From: an uncultured Planctomycetia bacterium
Lineage (GTDB): Bacteria; Omnitrophota; Gorgyraeia; 2-02-FULL-51-18; CAYJSE01
Length of the DNA stretch: 64,000 nt
Assembly: GCA_964372765.1 (NCBI GenBank)
Contig: CAYJSE010000001.1
Location: 50,755 to 114,754, forward strand
Direction of reading: 5' to 3'
Shown: positions 1-8,337 of the stretch, one piece after another
Layout of the letters: each line of letters opens with the position of its first letter
How positions within the stretch are numbered: position 1 is the first letter of the stretch
Notes under the pieces: model-generated
Databases searched by the model: none
Seen by the model: the letters and a program-made list of their open reading frames with translations, nothing else
What the model was told of the DNA's origin: nothing
Position numbers and translations under genes: made by a program

Positions 1-1224
1 ACCGTGGCGGAGGTGCTGATCGCCAACGGCCTTGAAGTGCTTTTATCAAAAAACGTGTGTCCGACCCCGGCCGTAAGTCTGGCGATAGTCTCCGAAAAGC
101 TCGACGCCGGCATTGCCGTGACCGCCAGCCACAATCCGGCCCGTTACAACGGCATCAAGATCAAAAATGATTTCGGCGGCTCGGCCGATAAGAAGTTTAC
201 TGAAGGCGTGGAGAATCTGATCGGCAAAAATCCCGTTAAAAAGAAGGGCTTCGGAAGCGGCTCTCCGGTCGTGCGTGATTTGAATGAACGCTATCTTGAG
301 TTTTTGAAAAGCTACGTCAATTTCGAGGCGATTCACCAGTCGCCGTATCGGGTGCTCGTGGACTCGATGCATGGCACCGGCGGCCGGCATGTCGAAAACA
401 TGTTAAAAGGCGGCAAGATCCGCGTAACGACGATTCGCAGCGAGCGTGACATCAATTTCGGCGGCATCAATCCCGAACCTATCCCCAAGAATCTCGCGGC
501 GTCCACCTCGATGATGAAAGGCGCCCAATTTGACCTTGGGATCGTGACGGACGGCGACTCCGATCGCGTGGGCGCTATCCGGCCCGGCGGCGAATTTATC
601 TCACCGGGGGTCATTTTGTCACTAATATTAATTCACTTTGTGGAGGATTTAAAGCGTACCGGCAGCGTGGTGACCACGATCTCCAACACCTCGCTCATTT
701 ATAAAATCGCGCGCAAGTACAATCTCAAGACGCACATCACGCCGGTGGGCTTCAAATATATCTGTGAAATCATGCGTCGGGAAAATGTGTTGATCGGCGG
801 CGAGGAATCGGGCGGCATCGGTTTCCAGAACTATCTTTATGAACGCGACGGACTTTTGTCGGGACTGCTTCTCATGGAAATGATGGCTGTGCGCCGGCAG
901 AGTTTTGAGGAAATCTTAAGCGGCGTTGAGAAGGAATTTGGCAAGCTCTACTACGTGCGAAAGGATATCGTCTATCCCAACGAGCTGAAGTCGAAACTGT
1001 TTGGGCTTCTGGCGGCCCATCCGCCGAAAGAGCTGGAGAAAATCCAGGTGGTTCGCATCGACAATCAAGACGGCTGTAAATGCGTGCTGGATGACGAGAG
1101 CTGGCTGCTCTTTCGACTATCGGGTACTGAACCGATCTTGAGAATCTATTCCGAGGCCACATCCCAAAAACTTGCCGAAGCGTTGGTGGCCGGCGGGGAG
1201 AAATTTGCGTTCAGTGTTCAATGA
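1..1224 (+). CDS. Phosphoglucomutase/phosphomannomutase (alpha-D-phosphohexomutase) family protein, 5'-partial; ORF runs off the window start
   Basis: Translation contains the active-site serine loop GIAVTASHNPARYNGIKI and phosphohexomutase-type C-terminal domains. The frame is open from position 1. The stop overlaps the lepA start (ATGA). Confidence 0.75.
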   Translation, partial: TVAEVLIANGLEVLLSKNVCPTPAVSLAIVSEKLDAGIAVTASHNPARYNGIKIKNDFGGSADKKFTEGVENLIGKNPVKKKGFGSGSPVVRDLNERYLEFLKSYVNFEAIHQSPYRVLVDSMHGTGGRHVENMLKGGKIRVTTIRSERDINFGGINPEPIPKNLAASTSMMKGAQFDLGIVTDGDSDRVGAIRPGGEFISPGVILSLILIHFVEDLKRTGSVVTTISNTSLIYKIARKYNLKTHITPVGFKYICEIMRRENVLIGGEESGGIGFQNYLYERDGLLSGLLLMEMMAVRRQSFEEILSGVEKEFGKLYYVRKDIVYPNELKSKLFGLLAAHPPKELEKIQVVRIDNQDGCKCVLDDESWLLFRLSGTEPILRIYSEATSQKLAEALVAGGEKFAFSVQ

Positions 1225-3017
1225 AAAAAGAGCTGATTCGAAATTTTTGTATTGTCGCGCACATCGATCACGGAAAATCCACGCTCGCCGACCGGCTTTT
1301 GGAGGTCACCGGCGCCATTGACGAGCGCACATTTCACAATCAGCTCCTGGATGACATGGATTTGGAGCGCGAACGTGGCATCACGATCAAGGCAAGTTTC
1401 GTCAAAATCAAATACCGCGCCAAAGACGGCCAAACCTACGCTTTAAATCTCATCGATACCCCGGGACATGTGGATTTTTCCTACGAAGTGTCCAAGAGCC
1501 TGCGCGCCTGCGAGGGGGCGCTGCTCTTGGTGGACGCGAGTCAGGGTGTGGAGGCGCAGACGATCTCGAATCTGTACCTGGCTCTGGAACACAATCTTGA
1601 GATTATCCCCGTGTTGAATAAGATTGATCTCGGGCATGCGGAGCCCGAGCGCGTGAAAAAACAGCTTCACAAAATCATCGGTATCGACGAACGCGACATT
1701 TTAGCGGTGAGCGCTAAGGCCAATATCGGGATCCGCGATCTATTGGAGCGCGTGATCGAAAAGGTGCCGCCGCCGGAAAGCGATGATGAAAAACCGCTCG
1801 AGGCGCTGATCTTTGACTCTAGCTACGACATCTACCGGGGCGTGATCATTTACGTGCGCGTTTTCAAGGGCGTCTTGAAGCACGGCATGAAGGTGATGCT
1901 GATGCAGACCGGCCGCTCCTACGAGGTGCTCGAGGTGGGCGTTTTGAGTCCGAAACCTGAGAAATGTTCCCAATTAGCCAGCGGCGAAGTGGGCTACATT
2001 ACTTGCAATATCCGTGATGCCAAGGAAGTGGACAACGGCGATACGGTGACCGGCGCCGACCGGCCCACGGCCAAGCCGTTGCCGGGCTACAAAAAGATCA
2101 AGCCGTTGGTGTTTGCGGGTCTTTACCCGGTGAACTCCAAGGATTTTCCGTTATTGAAGGAATCCGTTGAAAAGCTCCGTTTGAGCGATCCCTCGTTTGT
2201 CTATGAGGTGGAAAATTCAAGCTCGATCGGTTTTGGTTTTCGCTGCGGATTCCTTGGGCTTTTGCACATGGAGATCGTGCATGAGCGGCTGGAGCGCGAG
2301 TACGACCTGGATTTGGTGATCACAACACCGAGCGTTGTGTACCGCATCCGTAGGCACGATGGCGAGGAGGTCGAACTCGAGAATCCGTCCAAGATGCCGG
2401 ACCCAAGCCACATCGACGCGATTTTGGAGCCGTTTGTGGAGACGTCGCTGATCATTCCGCAGAGCAGCATGGGGGCGATTTTGGAGCTCTGCGAACAGCG
2501 CCGCGGCGTTTACAAGTCCACCGAGTACATCGACGAACAGCGCGTGAAGATTGCCTATGAATTTCCGCTTTCTGAAATCATCGTGGATTTCTACGATCGC
2601 ATCAAATCGATCACGAAAGGCTACGGATCGATGGACTATGAGCTGAAAGGTTACCAGGAAGGCAGCCTCGTTAAACTCGATATTTTGATCAACGGGGAAG
2701 TGTTTGACTCTTTTAGCTCGATCGCTCATCGCGATAAAGCTCAAAGCAAAGGCCGCGTGCTTTGCGAGAAGTTAAAAGAGCTGATTCCGCGTCAGATGTT
2801 TGAGGTGGTGCTTCAGGCCGCGATCGGCGGCAAGATCATCACCCGTGAAGTGGTGCGGCCGATGGGCAAAAATGTGACGGCCAAGTGCTATGGCGGCGAT
2901 ATCACGCGCAAGCGCAAGCTCTGGGAAAAACAAAAAGAGGGCAAAAAGCGCCTGAAGCAATTTGGGAAAGTCCAAATTCCGCAAGAGGCATTTTTAGCCG
3001 TTTTAAAAGTGGAGTAG
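1221..3017 (+). CDS. lepA: Elongation factor 4 (LepA), translational GTPase
   Basis: N-terminus IRNFCIVAHIDHGKSTLADRLL (G1 motif), DTPGHVDF and NKIDL motifs. Length 598 aa is typical for LepA. Confidence 0.95.
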   Translation: MKKELIRNFCIVAHIDHGKSTLADRLLEVTGAIDERTFHNQLLDDMDLERERGITIKASFVKIKYRAKDGQTYALNLIDTPGHVDFSYEVSKSLRACEGALLLVDASQGVEAQTISNLYLALEHNLEIIPVLNKIDLGHAEPERVKKQLHKIIGIDERDILAVSAKANIGIRDLLERVIEKVPPPESDDEKPLEALIFDSSYDIYRGVIIYVRVFKGVLKHGMKVMLMQTGRSYEVLEVGVLSPKPEKCSQLASGEVGYITCNIRDAKEVDNGDTVTGADRPTAKPLPGYKKIKPLVFAGLYPVNSKDFPLLKESVEKLRLSDPSFVYEVENSSSIGFGFRCGFLGLLHMEIVHERLEREYDLDLVITTPSVVYRIRRHDGEEVELENPSKMPDPSHIDAILEPFVETSLIIPQSSMGAILELCEQRRGVYKSTEYIDEQRVKIAYEFPLSEIIVDFYDRIKSITKGYGSMDYELKGYQEGSLVKLDILINGEVFDSFSSIAHRDKAQSKGRVLCEKLKELIPRQMFEVVLQAAIGGKIITREVVRPMGKNVTAKCYGGDITRKRKLWEKQKEGKKRLKQFGKVQIPQEAFLAVLKVE

Positions 3018-3025
3018 GGGCAATC

Positions 3026-3619
3026 ATGAACCCGCGTAAAATATTTACGAAAGAAAATCTTAAAAAAGAGGCCAAAGAATGGGCGCAGTCGCTCGTGTGG
3101 GCGCTGGTGCTGACGCTCATCATCCGCACATTCGTGATCCAGGCGTTCAAAATCCCGTCGGGTTCGATGCGGTTGACATTGGTCGAGGGGGACAAACTTT
3201 TCGTGAATAAATTCATCTATCGCTTCGAAGAGCCCCAGCGCGGGGATATCGTTGTTTTCAAGTATCCCGAAGATCCAAAGAAAGATTTTATCAAGCGGCT
3301 CGTGGCTTTGGAAGGCGAAACCATAGAGATTCGGGATGGTTCGGTGTATGTGAATGATCGAAAGCTTACGGATCCGGAGACTTTTGCCAAATTTTATTAT
3401 TTTAATCAGGGGCCTTACGGCGTTCCGGGAGAAAAAGTGACGGTGCCGGCTGACCACTACTACGTGCTCGGGGACAACAGCGCCTACTCGCGTGACAGCC
3501 GCTGGTGGGGTTTTGTACCCAAAAAAAATGTGATCGGCAAAGCGCTGGTTCGTTGGTGGCCGCCGACACGCATCGGTTCCATACGGCCGGAACCGGCGAT
3601 GTCCAAAGAATCGTTGTGA
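3026..3619 (+). CDS. lepB: Signal peptidase I
   Basis: Contains the catalytic Ser motif PSGSM, RGDIVVFKYP, and GDNSAYSRDSRWWGFVP (box E). An internal ATG at 3026 was chosen over the ORF-track start at 2885, which overlaps lepA. Confidence 0.88.
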   Translation: MNPRKIFTKENLKKEAKEWAQSLVWALVLTLIIRTFVIQAFKIPSGSMRLTLVEGDKLFVNKFIYRFEEPQRGDIVVFKYPEDPKKDFIKRLVALEGETIEIRDGSVYVNDRKLTDPETFAKFYYFNQGPYGVPGEKVTVPADHYYVLGDNSAYSRDSRWWGFVPKKNVIGKALVRWWPPTRIGSIRPEPAMSKESL

Positions 3620-4146
3620 ACCTGCCCAACCAGCTCAGCACGCTGCGTATTTTTCTCGTACCTGTTTTCGTGACGTCGCTTTTTTATTTTTCCCACTGGA
3701 GCGCCGCGATTTTTTTTGTGGCCTGCCTCACGGACGCGGTGGACGGGTACCTGGCAAGACTGTGGGAGCAGAAAACGGTGCTGGGCAGTTACCTCGATCC
3801 CGTGGCGGATAAGCTGCTTCTTTTAAGCGGATTCATCGCGCTGTCTTTCATGAGCCAACTGCCGGAGGCGATGCGCGTGCCGGCGTGGGTAACGATCACG
3901 GTGATTTCGCGCGATGTGATTATTCTGATCGGTTCGGTGCTGATTTTTGTAACTACGGGGACGCTGAAGCCGCAACCGCATCTCGTCGGCAAAGCGACCA
4001 CGGCGTTTCAGATGACCACGCTTTTATTTTCACTTTTGGGCGCGCCGGATTCTTTAAAGATGGGGCTATTTTACACAACATTTATTTTAACGGCGTGGTC
4101 GGGGCTCGTGTATTTGAGACTGGGAAGCCGCCTGTTGGGAACCTAG
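3616..4146 (+). CDS. pgsA: CDP-diacylglycerol--glycerol-3-phosphate 3-phosphatidyltransferase (CDP-alcohol phosphatidyltransferase family)
   Basis: Contains the motif DAVDGYLAR...G..LDPVADKLL and several transmembrane segments. A GTG start at 3616 overlapping the lepB stop gives an N-terminus NLPNQLSTLRIFLVP, typical of PgsA. Confidence 0.82.
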   Translation: MNLPNQLSTLRIFLVPVFVTSLFYFSHWSAAIFFVACLTDAVDGYLARLWEQKTVLGSYLDPVADKLLLLSGFIALSFMSQLPEAMRVPAWVTITVISRDVIILIGSVLIFVTTGTLKPQPHLVGKATTAFQMTTLLFSLLGAPDSLKMGLFYTTFILTAWSGLVYLRLGSRLLGT

Positions 4147-4147
4147 T

Positions 4148-4738
4148 ATGGAAATCACACTTTACTTTATCGCCTCTTTTTTAAGCGGTTCCATCCCGAC
4201 GGCTTATTGGATCGGGAAGTGGGCGGGTCGTATCGATATCCGCCGGCACGGCAGCGGAAATGTCGGGGCCACCAACGCGCTGCGCGTGATGGGAAAAGGC
4301 GCCGGCGCTGTTGTGTTGGGCATTGATTTTGTGAAGGGTTATCTGCCGGTTTATTTTTTTGGCGCGCTGTACCCGGAGCTTCGTTTGTGCTTTGGGTTTA
4401 GCGCGGTTCTGGGGCATGTGTTTACCCCATTTTTGGGTTTCAAAGGGGGAAAAGGTGTGGCGACGGGCGGCGGAGCACTGCTCGGGTTTTCGCCTTTTTT
4501 ATTCCTCAGCTCGCTCGGTGTTTGGGCGCTGGTTTTTTGGATGTGCCGCGTGGTTTCGATCAGCTCACTTGTGTCTTGTTTCGTGCTGGCGCCGATGGCC
4601 GTTTTAAAGGGGGGCTATGCGGTCTCCGAAGTATTGCTTTTAAGCAGTTTCTTTATTTTCAGCATCTGGACTCACCGATCAAACCTTGCGCGTCTCGGCA
4701 AGGGCCAAGAGCCAAAATTTAATAAACAAAAAATGTAG
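4148..4738 (+). CDS. plsY: Glycerol-3-phosphate acyltransferase PlsY
   Basis: SGSIPTAYWIGK...HGSGNVGATNALRVMGK is the PlsY signature. The protein is 196 aa and polytopic. Confidence 0.9.
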   Translation: MEITLYFIASFLSGSIPTAYWIGKWAGRIDIRRHGSGNVGATNALRVMGKGAGAVVLGIDFVKGYLPVYFFGALYPELRLCFGFSAVLGHVFTPFLGFKGGKGVATGGGALLGFSPFLFLSSLGVWALVFWMCRVVSISSLVSCFVLAPMAVLKGGYAVSEVLLLSSFFIFSIWTHRSNLARLGKGQEPKFNKQKM

Positions 4739-4862
4739 ATATTATTTGCATTAGGGGGTTTTTCAGGGCATACTTACCTTGAAGAGTTTTGTTTTTTAGG
4801 TTACTTTTTTAAAAAATTTAATATGTTATATTTTAATAGGTTATGATAAAAAAGGCAATTCG

Positions 4863-5237
4863 ATGAGGCAAATGGTGATTCAGACTAAAACGTCATCCAA
4901 CAACAAGAGAAAAAATCTCTCGATGGTGGAGATTATTGACCAGGACGGCTTCATCGCGCGTGCCGAGAAAAAGTACTCTTACTACGTGTCCGAGTGCAAC
5001 GCGCTTCCAAATCCGACCTCACTTCAAAACTGGATGGATAAACAGATGGTGTTTCCGGAGAAAAAAGACCGCCATGTTTCGATCCAGAAGATCTACGATA
5101 AAGACCATCAAGTGGCCCAGCTCATCTATCGCGTGATCGGCAGTTTCTACGTGGTTCAAAATCTCCACATTTTTGCGGTGGTATTTCTCCACAGTATCCG
5201 TTTTCATGTCTGGAAAGGCAGTAGTTTCCATTTTTGA
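4863..5237 (+). CDS. Hypothetical protein (orphan, lower-GC segment), hydrophobic C-terminus
   Basis: A 124-aa ORF directly after an AT-rich 124-bp intergenic region. Third-position GC (~60%) is higher than the local GC content, which supports coding on the + strand. I recognise no family. Confidence 0.35.
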   Translation: MRQMVIQTKTSSNNKRKNLSMVEIIDQDGFIARAEKKYSYYVSECNALPNPTSLQNWMDKQMVFPEKKDRHVSIQKIYDKDHQVAQLIYRVIGSFYVVQNLHIFAVVFLHSIRFHVWKGSSFHF

Positions 5238-5282
5238 TTTGATTCTTCAAAAACCCTCTGTTATACTCACGCCTAACTTTTT

Positions 5283-6290
5283 ATGTTCCCGCAGGATACG
5301 AAAGTCACGATTTTGGGCGATGGGGGCTGGGGCACGGCGCTGGCTCTCCTTTTAAGCAGCAAAGGCCGCTCGGTCAACCTGTGGGGTGCGTTTCCCGAGT
5401 ACGTTAAGATCGAAGCCAAAACCCGGGAAAATAAAAAGTTCCTCCCAGGCTTTAGAATTCCATCCTCCGTCACGTTTTACTCCGATGTTCACAAGGCCTG
5501 TTTGGCCGCTGATCTCATTGTGATAGCCGTCCCGTCCCAGCATCTTCGAAGCGTGATCCAAAAAGTAAAACGTGATAAAATCCACCACAAGGTATTTATC
5601 ACGGTTTCCAAAGGCATTGAAATCAGCACGCTGAAGGTGATGTCCCAGGTGGTGCACGATGAGCTGGGCAGTGTGCAGCAGTGTATTTTATCAGGTCCCA
5701 CGATCGCGCGGGAGGTGGCGCTGAAACTGCCGGGCGCGGCCTCGATCGCGTCCGTAAACCACGAGCTTGCCGGGCGCGTGCGGCGGCTTTTTACGACGGA
5801 CTATTTTAGCCTGTATGAGAGCGAGGATGTGCTGGGTGTTGAGCTCGGAGGCGCTCTTAAAAACGTGATTGCGATATCGGCGGGGATCGTCGAAGGCTTG
5901 GGGTATGGGTCCAATACGAGAGCCGTGCTTTTTGCGCGCGGCGTGGCCGAGATGGCCCGCTTAGGCCACGCGATGGGGGCTCGGCGCGAGACATTCATGG
6001 GGTTGAGTGGTCTCGGGGACTTGGCGACCACCTGCTTGAGTCCTCACAGCCGCAACCGTTCATTGGGTGAAGAGATCGGAAAAGGCCGTCGGCTGAAAGC
6101 GCTGTTAAAAGACACTGAAATGGTGGTGGAGGGTGTGGATACGGCCCGCGCCGCTTACCGTCTGGCCAAAAGGCACGAAGTGGTTATGCCGATTGTCGAG
6201 GCAGTGTATGGGATTTTATTCAACAGTCATAACCCGGGAGATGCGGTGAAAGCGCTGCTCAAGAGGGAACCCCACCGGGAATTGGATTAA
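5283..6290 (+). CDS. gpsA: NAD(P)H-dependent glycerol-3-phosphate dehydrogenase
   Basis: VTILGDGGWGTALALLL is a Rossmann fold. The remainder is GpsA-like. Being adjacent to plsY is a common arrangement. Confidence 0.9.
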   Translation: MFPQDTKVTILGDGGWGTALALLLSSKGRSVNLWGAFPEYVKIEAKTRENKKFLPGFRIPSSVTFYSDVHKACLAADLIVIAVPSQHLRSVIQKVKRDKIHHKVFITVSKGIEISTLKVMSQVVHDELGSVQQCILSGPTIAREVALKLPGAASIASVNHELAGRVRRLFTTDYFSLYESEDVLGVELGGALKNVIAISAGIVEGLGYGSNTRAVLFARGVAEMARLGHAMGARRETFMGLSGLGDLATTCLSPHSRNRSLGEEIGKGRRLKALLKDTEMVVEGVDTARAAYRLAKRHEVVMPIVEAVYGILFNSHNPGDAVKALLKREPHRELD

Positions 6291-6296
6291 ATTTTT

Positions 6297-6325
6297 AGCG
6301 GGCCGTAGGCCCGCTGCGCTTTTTA
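6297..6325 (+). terminator. Probable intrinsic terminator after gpsA
   Basis: Hairpin AGCGGGCC-GTAG-GGCCCGCT followed by GCGCTTTTT. Confidence 0.5.
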
Positions 6326-6326
6326 G

Positions 6327-6402
6327 CGGGGCGTGGCTCAGCTTGGTCTAGAGCGCTACCTTGGGGTGGTAGAGATCGGTGGTTCGAATCCACTCGCCCC
6401 GA
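6327..6402 (+). tRNA. tRNA-Pro (anticodon GGG)
   Basis: A 76-nt cloverleaf: acceptor CGGGGCG/CGCCCCG, D-stem GCTC/GAGC, anticodon stem CTACC/GGTAG with loop TTGGGGT giving anticodon GGG with G37, T-loop TTCGAAT. No CCA is encoded. Confidence 0.88.
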
Positions 6403-6442
6403 CGGCAAAACTGGGGACGGACCCGCCGGTAGTTTGGCGGGG

Positions 6443-6460
6443 AATCCACTCGCCCCGACA
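6443..6460 (+). repeat. Direct repeat duplicating the 3' end of tRNA-Pro (GAATCCACTCGCCCCGAC)
   Basis: An 18-nt exact copy of positions 6388-6405 (T-loop, 3' acceptor strand, discriminator and one flanking base) lies 55 nt downstream of the original. It is preceded by a GGGGACGG...CCGCCGGTAGTTTGGCGG hairpin. Confidence 0.6.
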
Positions 6461-6483
6461 GTTTAGCTTGGAGAAGGTGACAC

Positions 6484-7197
6484 GTGGTGGCATTTCAGGA
6501 ACAAATCAGAATCCTCGCGGATCTACAAACAATTGACGCGGAAATCTACCGGTTCCGCGTGGAACTGGCTACGTTCCCGCAAATCGAGAAAGACATTCAG
6601 GCCGATTTTGAAAGGAAAAGAGCGGGGCTTAAAGCGGCCGAAGATGAGCTAAAAACGCTGCAGTTGAAACACAAAGAGAAAGACATGGAGCTGAAGACTA
6701 AAGAGGATCACTCCAAAAAGCTCCAAGGGCAGCTCTATCAGCTCAAGACCAATAAGGAATATGCGACGATGGAGCTTGAGATCAAAAGTTTGAAGGCCGA
6801 CGCCTCGGTGCTGGAAGAGGAAATCTTGAAACTCTACGACGTGATGGACGCGGCCAAAAATAAATGCGCGAAAGAAAAGGAGGTTCTGTCGAGCTTTGAG
6901 AAAAAGGCCAAGGAGGAAGTAGAAACACTAAAGAGAAAAGCCGCCGAGATTCACGCCGAGATCGCGACGCTCGAAGATAAACGAAAGATCTTCTCGCCGC
7001 AGGTGGAGCCCAAACTTCTTTCGCAGTACGAGCGTATCTTGAAAGGCCGCGAAGGTTTGGCGTTGGTGCCCGTGGAAAAAGATTCTTGCGGCGGCTGCCA
7101 CCTGGAACTGCCGCCTCAGACGGTCAACGAAATTCAGATGAAAGACAAGCTCATTACCTGCGAGTCCTGCGCGCGCATCCTTTACTGGCCGTCTTGA
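6484..7197 (+). CDS. Coiled-coil / C4 zinc-ribbon protein (COG1579/DUF164 family)
   Basis: Long coiled-coil region followed by C-terminal CGGCH...CESC zinc-ribbon pairs. This matches the conserved 'zinc ribbon domain protein' architecture. Confidence 0.7.
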   Translation: MVAFQEQIRILADLQTIDAEIYRFRVELATFPQIEKDIQADFERKRAGLKAAEDELKTLQLKHKEKDMELKTKEDHSKKLQGQLYQLKTNKEYATMELEIKSLKADASVLEEEILKLYDVMDAAKNKCAKEKEVLSSFEKKAKEEVETLKRKAAEIHAEIATLEDKRKIFSPQVEPKLLSQYERILKGREGLALVPVEKDSCGGCHLELPPQTVNEIQMKDKLITCESCARILYWPS

Positions 7198-7619
7198 AGA
7201 AAAAAATTTCTAAATACCTGGTTCATATTGATGGCGCTTCGCGCGGCAATCCGGGAGCGGCGTCGGTGGGCGTGGTTTTTCAGGACCCGGAAGGGCGGAC
7301 GGCCGCCGAGATTTCTCAAAGCATTGGCCACGCGACCAATAACGTGGCCGAGTACTCGGCGTTGATTTTCGCGCTTCAGGAAGGTATCATATTAGGGGCC
7401 AAAGAGCTGGAGATTCGAACGGACAGCGAGCTTCTGGCCAGGCAGTTCCACGGTCAGTACAAGGTCAAGGATTCTTCGATTAAGTTTTTGTACACGTTCG
7501 TGCGTCATCTATTGCGTGGTTTTGATAAAGTGACCGTGACGCATGTTCCGCGCGAGCAGAATAAAACCGCCGATAGACTCGCGAATGAAGCCTTAGACGG
7601 GAAAGATCTTTTTTTGTAG
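7194..7619 (+). CDS. rnhA: Ribonuclease HI
   Basis: VHIDGASRGNPGAASVGVV...NNVAEYSALIFAL...TDSELL...HVPREQNKTADRLAN gives the DEDD catalytic arrangement. A TTG start at 7194 overlapping the upstream stop is preferred over the ORF-track 7086 start. Confidence 0.82.
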   Translation: MKKKISKYLVHIDGASRGNPGAASVGVVFQDPEGRTAAEISQSIGHATNNVAEYSALIFALQEGIILGAKELEIRTDSELLARQFHGQYKVKDSSIKFLYTFVRHLLRGFDKVTVTHVPREQNKTADRLANEALDGKDLFL

Positions 7620-7950
7620 ACCGAATGGTCGCCCCCGCTGCTTCGCTTTGCGAAGCAAAGCGGCGGGGGAGGAAAGTCCGGGCTCCAAGAGCAGCGCGAT
7701 GGGTAACACCCATGGCTATCACGCAAGTGGTAGTACGATTAGAGCAACAGAGACGAGCCCCCACTGCTTCGCAAAGCGAAGCAGTGGGGGGTGAAACGGG
7801 CAATCTCCGCGCGGAGCAAGGTCAAATAGGGAAGGAAGATGGGCGCGGCTCGCGCACAAGTACTTCCGGGTAGATCGCTTGAGGTTGACAGTAATGTCAA
7901 TCCTAGATAGATGATCATAGAAAACAGAACCCGGCTTATGGGTCTACAAA
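7616..7950 (+). ncRNA. rnpB: RNase P RNA (bacterial type A)
   Basis: Conserved blocks GGAGGAAAGTCCGGGCTCC (P4 5' strand), GGAGCAAGGTCAAATAGGG, GGGTAGATCGCTTGAGG and ACAGAACCCGGCTTATGGGTC (P4 3' strand) are present. P1 pairs GTAGACC with GGTCTAC. The order of the conserved blocks matches E. coli M1 RNA. Confidence 0.9.
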
Positions 7951-7962
7951 AAAGGTAAGAGG

Positions 7963-8034
7963 AGAGAGGTAAGAGGTGAGAGGAATTAAAAAAACAATTT
8001 TTGTTTTGCTAATTTCCTTTTTCCTCTTACCTCT
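7963..8034. repeat. Inverted repeat (13-bp perfect arms GAGAGGTAAGAGG / CCTCTTACCTCTT) spanning the start of the small ORF
   Basis: The arms sit within an imperfect tandem GGTAAGAGG repeat and are separated by an AT-rich segment of about 46 nt (AATTAAAAAAACAATTTTTGTTTTGCTAATTTCC). Confidence 0.5.
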
Positions 8035-8236
8035 TTCCTCTGGCCTCTCGCCTTCGTACGCGGAATACCTCCTCGATGTCGTCGAGACCGACGAGGAGTC
8101 CACAGAGGACAGTCTGAATCGCATCGCCGGAGAGATTGATTCAGGTTTTAGCAAGCCCTACCAGTCCTATCGGTCCGAAAGCCATAAGGCCAGCGGACCT
8201 ATCGATCGTTCAACCAGGGCCTACGACAACAAATAG
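7976..8236 (+). CDS. Small hypothetical secreted protein (predicted signal peptide, acidic)
   Basis: GTG start. The N-terminus is hydrophobic (IFVLLISFFLLPLSSGLSPSYA) and the remainder is Glu/Asp/Ser-rich. No homolog is recognised and it is embedded in the inverted repeat. Confidence 0.3.
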   Translation: MRGIKKTIFVLLISFFLLPLSSGLSPSYAEYLLDVVETDEESTEDSLNRIAGEIDSGFSKPYQSYRSESHKASGPIDRSTRAYDNK

Positions 8237-8337
8237 TCTTTGCAATAGCTGTCGTTCATCTGCTACTATACAAGATGTAGTACGCACTATTTTTAACTAC
8301 TTTTAACAGCTTATTTTTCCCATGGATAGGGAGAGGT

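Noticed and set aside
2885-3025. ORF-track 5' extensions of lepB (from 2885), pgsA (from 3505), rnhA (from 7086), mraY (from 16192), ftsW (from 18532), murC (from 20717), ribD (from 27926), ribE (from 28993), murJ (from 32549), tpsB (from 35666) and tpsA (from 37441)
   Set aside because: The extensions overlap the upstream gene and lack homology. Internal starts that abut or overlap the upstream stop match the conserved N-termini of each family.
7480-7873. ORFs 7480-7803(-), 7505-7726(-) and 7625-7873(+)
   Set aside because: They overlap the RNase P RNA gene and the rnhA 3' end. The conserved rnpB blocks explain the sequence, and the translations are Arg/Ala-rich nonsense.
8237-8337. Partial palindrome CTACTATACAAGATGTAGTAC upstream of the TPR/PDZ gene
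   Set aside because: It has short, imperfect arms. This is insufficient to call a regulatory site.
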